Shown: positions 41,741 through 46,421 of the stretch, in pieces
Position numbering within the stretch: the first letter of the stretch is position 1
How the letters are laid out: each line of letters opens with the position of its first letter
Origin: Treponemataceae bacterium
Lineage (GTDB): Bacteria > Spirochaetota > Spirochaetia > Treponematales > Rectinemataceae
Reading direction: 5' to 3'
Assembly: GCA_963677895.2 (NCBI GenBank)
Contig: CAXXGJ010000039.1
Location: 1 to 46,421, forward strand
Length of the DNA: 46,421 bases
Position numbers and translations under genes: made by a program
The notes under the pieces: generated by a model
What the model saw: the letters and a program-made list of their open reading frames with translations, nothing else
Databases searched by the model: none
Told to the model about the DNA's origin: nothing

Positions 41741-42180
41741 AAACTAAAGATATTGCTCCTTGTGGACTTAATTGCAGTCTCTGTCTAGCATATCAAAGGG
41801 ATAAGAATCATTGTAATGGATGTAATGGATCAGATGATCATAAGGCATACCATTGTATAGAATGTAGAATAAGGAATTGTGAAGAAAAAAAGGGAAATAA
41901 AAAGCTATTATGTAGTAAATGTAAGAAATATCCATGTAGAAGAATAAAGGATTTAGAAAAAAGATATACCAATAGATATAATGTGAGCATATATAAGAAT
42001 TTTGAGGATATAAAGATATTAGGAATTAGGAAATTTATAAAGAACGAAAAAGTAAAATGGCAATGTGATAAATGTGGCAAATATTTTTGCATGCATCGAG
42101 AAAAATGTCTATTTTGTGGGAATCAAAGTCTAATATATATAGAGAAAAGAAATAACCTAACAACTGCTTCAACCCTATAA
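41737..42180 (+). CDS. DUF3795 Cys-rich protein (copy 2, intact)
   Basis: APCGLNCSLC and multiple CxxC; stop inside attC. Confidence 0.82.
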   Translation: MKTKDIAPCGLNCSLCLAYQRDKNHCNGCNGSDDHKAYHCIECRIRNCEEKKGNKKLLCSKCKKYPCRRIKDLEKRYTNRYNVSIYKNFEDIKILGIRKFIKNEKVKWQCDKCGKYFCMHREKCLFCGNQSLIYIEKRNNLTTASTL

Positions 42181-42294
42181 CGCCTTTTGTCATGGTTTTT
42201 GCGAGAAGATCACGCAAAAACCACGCCAATCCCTCGCATCGTTGCTACGCAACGCCGCTCGGGCCAGGCTTTAAAGGTTAAGCCAATGTTAGAT
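42155..42294 (+). repeat. attC site (chimeric arms)
   Basis: ACCTAAC...GTTAGAT. Confidence 0.93.
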
Positions 42295-42318
42295 TTACAG
42301 AATGTATCGGAGACAGTT

Positions 42319-43131
42319 ATGCATGATAGCGATATCGTAAAGAAGTTTTACAATAGACAGGTAGAACATGAATGGACTCGTGCAGAAAGGCATCCAGTAG
42401 AATTTGAGATAACAAAACGTTTGTTGTTAAGGCATCTACCAAAGACGCCAGCAAAAATATTGGATCTTGGGGGAGGCCCAGGACATTATTCATTTTGGTT
42501 AGCAAAATTAGGGTATTCTGTCACGCTATTTGATCTTTCAGAAGAGAATATTACGTTTGCACGAGAAAAAGATACACATAACGATGAGCATATAGATTCG
42601 TTTGTTGTTGGGAATGCTCTTGATCTTAATAATCTTAATGAAAATGAGTATGATGCAGTCCTCATCATGGGACCTCTTTATCACCTTACAGACAAAGCTG
42701 ATAGAGAAAAAGTCATTGAAAATGCATTAAAAGTATTAAAACCTGATGGAATAATAAGTTCTACATTCATATCAGCATATGCACCTATCATTGATATATT
42801 AAAGAAATATCCAGATAAGGCTGTTGGAAATATTAGTACATTGTTAGGATACTTTAGTAATGGTACAAATATTGTGAGCGATGATGGCTTTACCGCAGCT
42901 TACTTCTCAAGGATAGAAGAAGTAGAAGAATTAATGAGCTCTTTTTCGATTAAGAAAATTGGTTGTTATGCTGTTGAGAGTATCCTTGGTCCTTATGAAG
43001 AGGTTTTAAAGAAGTATCCAAAGGAAGTGATTTCTGAGTGTATTACCTTAGCAATGGAGTTTGTAGAAGATCCTCATTGCATAGGTTGCGCAGAACATTT
43101 GTTATATGTTGCTCAAAATGGGAAGTGCTGA
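42319..43131 (+). CDS. Class I SAM-dependent methyltransferase
   Basis: ILDLGGGPGHY, YDAVLIMGPLYHL; start reset to ATG 42319. Confidence 0.9.
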   Translation: MHDSDIVKKFYNRQVEHEWTRAERHPVEFEITKRLLLRHLPKTPAKILDLGGGPGHYSFWLAKLGYSVTLFDLSEENITFAREKDTHNDEHIDSFVVGNALDLNNLNENEYDAVLIMGPLYHLTDKADREKVIENALKVLKPDGIISSTFISAYAPIIDILKKYPDKAVGNISTLLGYFSNGTNIVSDDGFTAAYFSRIEEVEELMSSFSIKKIGCYAVESILGPYEEVLKKYPKEVISECITLAMEFVEDPHCIGCAEHLLYVAQNGKC

Positions 43132-43132
43132 A

Positions 43133-43257
43133 ATCTAACAAACGCTTCAACCTTATAACGCTCTTTGTCATGGTTTGTGCAGAACAACAATGCACAAACC
43201 ACGCCAATACCTCGCTACGCTCGGGAACGAGCGTTAAAGGTCAAGCCAATGTTCGGT
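43133..43257 (+). repeat. attC site
   Basis: ATCTAAC...GTTCGGT. Confidence 0.93.
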
Positions 43258-43283
43258 TTACGCCTTCGACGCGGAGGATAAAA

Positions 43284-43793
43284 TTGAAATTAGTTCGATT
43301 TGATGAAATCAATGAGAATGAGTATTTAGAGTATATATTGGAATGGGAAAATGCAAATGAGACAATTATCCCGGGAGCAAGTGATAGAAAAGGGCGATCA
43401 TTTAGTGAGATGATTGAAAAATGGAAATCTAATGAAAGTAGACGTATGTATCTTGAAGGGAAAGTACCTTCAACTTTGTACTATTTGACTGATGAAGATA
43501 GAATAATTATAGGAGCTTTGGATTTTAGGTATGAACTTAATGAGCAACTACTAGTTCATGGGGGCCATATAGGATATGGAGTACGCCCTTCAAAAAGAAG
43601 AGAAGGTAATTGTACATTAATGTTGAAAACATTTATAAAAATGATCAATGATAAAAACATTGAAAGAGTATTACTAACGTGTGATGAAAGCAATATTGGA
43701 TCAATAAAGACAATAGAAAAGTGTAAAGGGAAACTAGAGAATACGATAGAAGATAAAGAAAAGAGAGTAAGAAGGTATTGGATAGAAATATAA
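43284..43793 (+). CDS. GNAT N-acetyltransferase
   Basis: GGHIGYGVRPSKRREG, LTCDESNIGS, RRYWI; GGAGG RBS then TTG 43284. Confidence 0.88.
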   Translation: MKLVRFDEINENEYLEYILEWENANETIIPGASDRKGRSFSEMIEKWKSNESRRMYLEGKVPSTLYYLTDEDRIIIGALDFRYELNEQLLVHGGHIGYGVRPSKRREGNCTLMLKTFIKMINDKNIERVLLTCDESNIGSIKTIEKCKGKLENTIEDKEKRVRRYWIEI

Positions 43794-43802
43794 TAAGAAG
43801 AA

Positions 43803-43925
43803 ACCGAACAACCGTTTCAACCTTATAAATCCTTTGGCACGTTTTGTGCAGAAATCCCATGCAAAAAACGCGCCAAGCCCTCGCTTCGCTCAGGCCCGGA
43901 TTTAAAGGTTAAATGAATGTTGGGT
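43803..43925 (+). repeat. attC site
   Basis: ACCGAAC...GTTGGGT. Confidence 0.9.
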
Positions 43926-44071
43926 TTATTAATTAGGTTGAAAATAGATAACGTGCATTGGAATTACTATTATGTGTCTAGTTAGGTTGGTGCTTTCGGC
44001 GTAGTAAAGAATCAACTGAAGTGAATAGGCAAATTACATAAAGTAATGCTTCAAAGGAATAAGGTACTCAT

Positions 44072-45058
44072 ATGAAAATACTTATTATCGGTGGAAACGG
44101 TCTATTGGGTACCCATGCTGTACGTGAAGCTATAAAACATGGGCATATAGTAACGATTCTATCGAGAGGTAATAACCATATTCCAAAAGAACTTGAAAAT
44201 AGTGTTACAAACAATATAGGTAACGTTTATGATATGAACGATGATGCTGTAAAAAGCTTAATGCTAGGACAAGATGCGGTTGTATATTCTCTTGGTATCG
44301 ATGATAGAGAGTTACATAAAAGACCAGCATATAAAGCTTTTCACTATGATCATGTTACTGTATGTATGAAGATAGTAAAAATCGCAAAGGGATGTGGAGT
44401 TAAAAAGTTTATTGTCTATGGAAGTTACTTCACCTACTTTGATAAAGAATATCCTGAATTAAAACTTGCAGAGAAGAACGTTTATATACGTACTAGATCT
44501 GAACAGAAAGAAGCGGTGTTAGCTGAATCAACCGATGCATTTGAAACATATGTTTTTGAGTTGCCATACATAATTGGATATTTACCTGGGAAAGTACCTC
44601 CTTGGACATTCATTTTTTCGTTACTTGAAAAGGGAGAAAAGAGTGTATTCTTTTTTAATAAAGGAGGAACAGCACTTGTAACCGCCCATCAAGTGGCACA
44701 GGCAACGATTGGAGCTCTAGAACAAGGAATTGGTGGTAAGGCATATCCAATTGTTGGCAGCAATTATGCATGGAGAGATTTCGCAAAGATATATTTTGAC
44801 GTATCAGAGAAACAAAAGAATGTAATAGGCATACCAAAGTTTATATTCACAATATATGGAGTAATAGATTCAATCATACTATTATTTCGCAATAAAGAAA
44901 GAGGATTATCAATTAGAAATTATGCTGCTTTACAATACAAAAATGCATTTATTGATCCTAGTGTATCTATGAAAGCATTAAAATACTCTGATGATGATTA
45001 TGAGAATGAAATGAAAAGCTTAATTTCTGAATGGATTCAAATAAAAAACAAAACCTAA
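44072..45058 (+). CDS. NAD-dependent epimerase/dehydratase family protein
   Basis: IIGGNGLLG Rossmann motif, YIRTR. Confidence 0.88.
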   Translation: MKILIIGGNGLLGTHAVREAIKHGHIVTILSRGNNHIPKELENSVTNNIGNVYDMNDDAVKSLMLGQDAVVYSLGIDDRELHKRPAYKAFHYDHVTVCMKIVKIAKGCGVKKFIVYGSYFTYFDKEYPELKLAEKNVYIRTRSEQKEAVLAESTDAFETYVFELPYIIGYLPGKVPPWTFIFSLLEKGEKSVFFFNKGGTALVTAHQVAQATIGALEQGIGGKAYPIVGSNYAWRDFAKIYFDVSEKQKNVIGIPKFIFTIYGVIDSIILLFRNKERGLSIRNYAALQYKNAFIDPSVSMKALKYSDDDYENEMKSLISEWIQIKNKT

Positions 45059-45200
45059 CAATTGCTTCAATCTTATAAAGACTTTTGTCATGGTTTTTAT
45101 GAGAAGATAACACAAAAAACATGATAATCCTTCGAATCTTTGCTACGCAACACCGCTCGGGCCAGGCTTTAAAGGTTAAGCCATTAAGCCAATGTTTTGT
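45053..45200 (+). repeat. Degenerate attC site
   Basis: ACCTAAC...GTTTTGT; TTAAGCCA tandem duplication; stem mismatches. Confidence 0.8.
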
Positions 45201-45272
45201 GGACGGGTTTCGCGTATTAATAATAATATTTAAGCTGTTTGCTTTTTAAAAGCATACAAAATGTATTAAGTA

Positions 45273-45851
45273 TTGGTGATAATTATGGTGAATAGTACTG
45301 GTTCAATTCTTCAATTCGAAAATAGAAAAGCATTTAGAATATGGCTTGAAATCAACCATAGTTCTTCATATGGCATTTGGATTGTTATTATCAAAGGAAA
45401 CAAAGATTTTACCTCAAATGATGCCTTGGAAGAAGCAATCTGTTTTGGTTGGATTGATGGGCTAATGAAGTCAATAGATGAAACAAAGTATAAAAAGTAC
45501 TTCTCAAGAAGGATTGATAAAAAGAAGTGGTCTGAAAAGAATAAGGCAATCTATAAAGGACTTAAAGAAAAAGGATTAATTACAGAGTTCGGAATAGAAG
45601 CATATCAAGATAATGATAAGAATAATGAGGCCGTAGATAAGAATAGTGTACATGCTGCCAATATTAAAAAATTAAAAGACGTATTGTGCATGGAAAATGA
45701 TACATTGAAACTACTTGAAAGTACTACACCTTCTAGACAGAAGCAACTAGCGGGATTCTATTGTGATGCAAAAACTGAAGAGACACGAAGAAAAAGAAAA
45801 GAAAAAATAATTGTAGCCATAAAGAATAATTACAAAGGAATGTTGTATTAA
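45273..45851 (+). CDS. YdeI/OmpD-associated family protein
   Basis: ALEEAICFGWIDG, FSRR...WSEKNK, AKTEETR. Confidence 0.88.
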   Translation: MVIIMVNSTGSILQFENRKAFRIWLEINHSSSYGIWIVIIKGNKDFTSNDALEEAICFGWIDGLMKSIDETKYKKYFSRRIDKKKWSEKNKAIYKGLKEKGLITEFGIEAYQDNDKNNEAVDKNSVHAANIKKLKDVLCMENDTLKLLESTTPSRQKQLAGFYCDAKTEETRRKRKEKIIVAIKNNYKGMLY

Positions 45852-45856
45852 TTTTC

Positions 45857-45981
45857 GGCCAACAACTGCGTAAATCCTATTACACTCTTAGTCATGGTTT
45901 TTGCGAGGAGATACGGTAAATAACAAGCTAATCATTCGTTTCGCTCAGGAATGAACGTTAATGGTTAAGCCAATGGTAAAA
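45857..45981 (+). repeat. Highly degenerate last attC
   Basis: GGCCAAC...GGTTAAGCCAATGGTAAAA; GTT lost. Confidence 0.7.
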
Positions 45982-46069
45982 ATACTAAAAAAAAGATTGA
46001 CATAATTCAATATCAGATGCAAAAGTATTATATGTTATAATTTGTTTTCTTAAAAGAAGGAGAACTTGC

Positions 46070-46421
46070 ATGAAGCTTACAATTTTTAAATCGCTGATTT
46101 TCTTCGGACTGATCACGTCGTTGCTGGTACTCGGTAGCTGTGCGACAATATTTAATAATAAACAAACCACTGTATCATCATCTTCAAAGGTTGCTAGTGA
46201 AGTAACAATTTTAGAAAATGGTTCTGTGGTTTATCAAGGATCACTTCCTGCAACAATTAATGTAAATGGTAATAATAACTATACAGTTCAGTATAAAGAT
46301 AAAGATGGAAATTCACGTACACTGCAACTTCAAAAAAAGATAAGTGGATGGTTTATAGCTGATGTCTTATTAATTGGAGGGTGGATTATAGATCTTATAA
46401 CAGGCGATGTAATGGAATATA
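46070..46421 (+). CDS. Lipoprotein, runs off the window end
   Basis: AGGAG RBS; MKLTIFKSLIFFGLITSLLVLGSCATIF lipobox; no stop before the end, so absent from the ORF track. Confidence 0.75.
   Translation, partial: MKLTIFKSLIFFGLITSLLVLGSCATIFNNKQTTVSSSSKVASEVTILENGSVVYQGSLPATINVNGNNNYTVQYKDKDGNSRTLQLQKKISGWFIADVLLIGGWIIDLITGDVMEY

Larger units (their letters stand above)
256..45981 (+). mobile_element. Chromosomal integron gene-cassette array (~50 cassettes, 51 attC sites); integrase and attI not in window
   Basis: Regular alternation of short ORFs with a conserved ~125-bp imperfect palindrome running RYYYAAC...GTTRRRY; each cassette's leading GTTRRRY is usually the reverse complement of its own trailing RYYYAAC (e.g. 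GTTAGGC 374 / GCCTAAC 1015; GTTGGAT 2003 / ATCCAAC 2598). Confidence 0.97.

Noticed and set aside
34049..43283. N-terminal extensions of ORFs 34049, 42187 and 43038 across attC sites
   Set aside because: Open frames through the repeat; better starts lie inside the cassettes (34187, 42319, 43284)
3254..43860. Recurrent minus-strand ORFs starting MAWFL... or MVFASSS... (e.g. 4913, 13349, 18187, 22919, 25334, 31931, 34565, 40395, 42035)
   Set aside because: They are translations of the attC repeat running antisense into real genes, not a protein family
256..45981. CRISPR array or REP/BIME interpretation of the repeats
   Set aside because: Repeats are ~125 bp, separated by whole genes, and carry attC R/L boxes with cassette-wise complementary ends; no cas genes are present
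1..46421. Integron integrase, reverse transcriptase (retron or group II intron), tRNA or rRNA
   Set aside because: No tyrosine-recombinase or RT motifs and no recognisable stable RNA genes in the window

Overview
The window is almost entirely one large chromosomal (sedentary or 'super') integron cassette array from an AT-rich bacterium; the host taxon cannot be determined from this window. I count 51 attC sites of about 115-150 bp (RYYYAAC ... GTTRRRY), one of them truncated and the last two degenerate, separating about 50 mostly single-gene cassettes, nearly all on the + strand. Cargo: five toxin-antitoxin cassettes (RelE/ParE-type, VapBC twice, BrnTA, MazEF), GNATs, methyltransferases, redox enzymes, DUF proteins and a set of probable anti-phage genes (HEPN, NDT/TIR-like and PD-(D/E)XK nuclease proteins). 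Two IS elements abut attC sites: an IS66-family element next to a deletion, and an IS30-family element inserted in an attC R'' box with a 9-bp duplication that keeps both gene and attC intact. No integrase or attI is present; attC decay at about 45-46 kb suggests the distal end of the array. The most unusual items are a gene-less cassette (18466-18911) that can fold into a ~245-nt rod-like hairpin, the attC-located IS30, branched covarying attC structures with evidence of attC swapping, and a GC mini-hairpin at the 5' end of most cassettes. Many single-base frameshifts between 1.5 and 30 kb may be sequencing errors. All product calls are from motif recognition by eye, not database searches.
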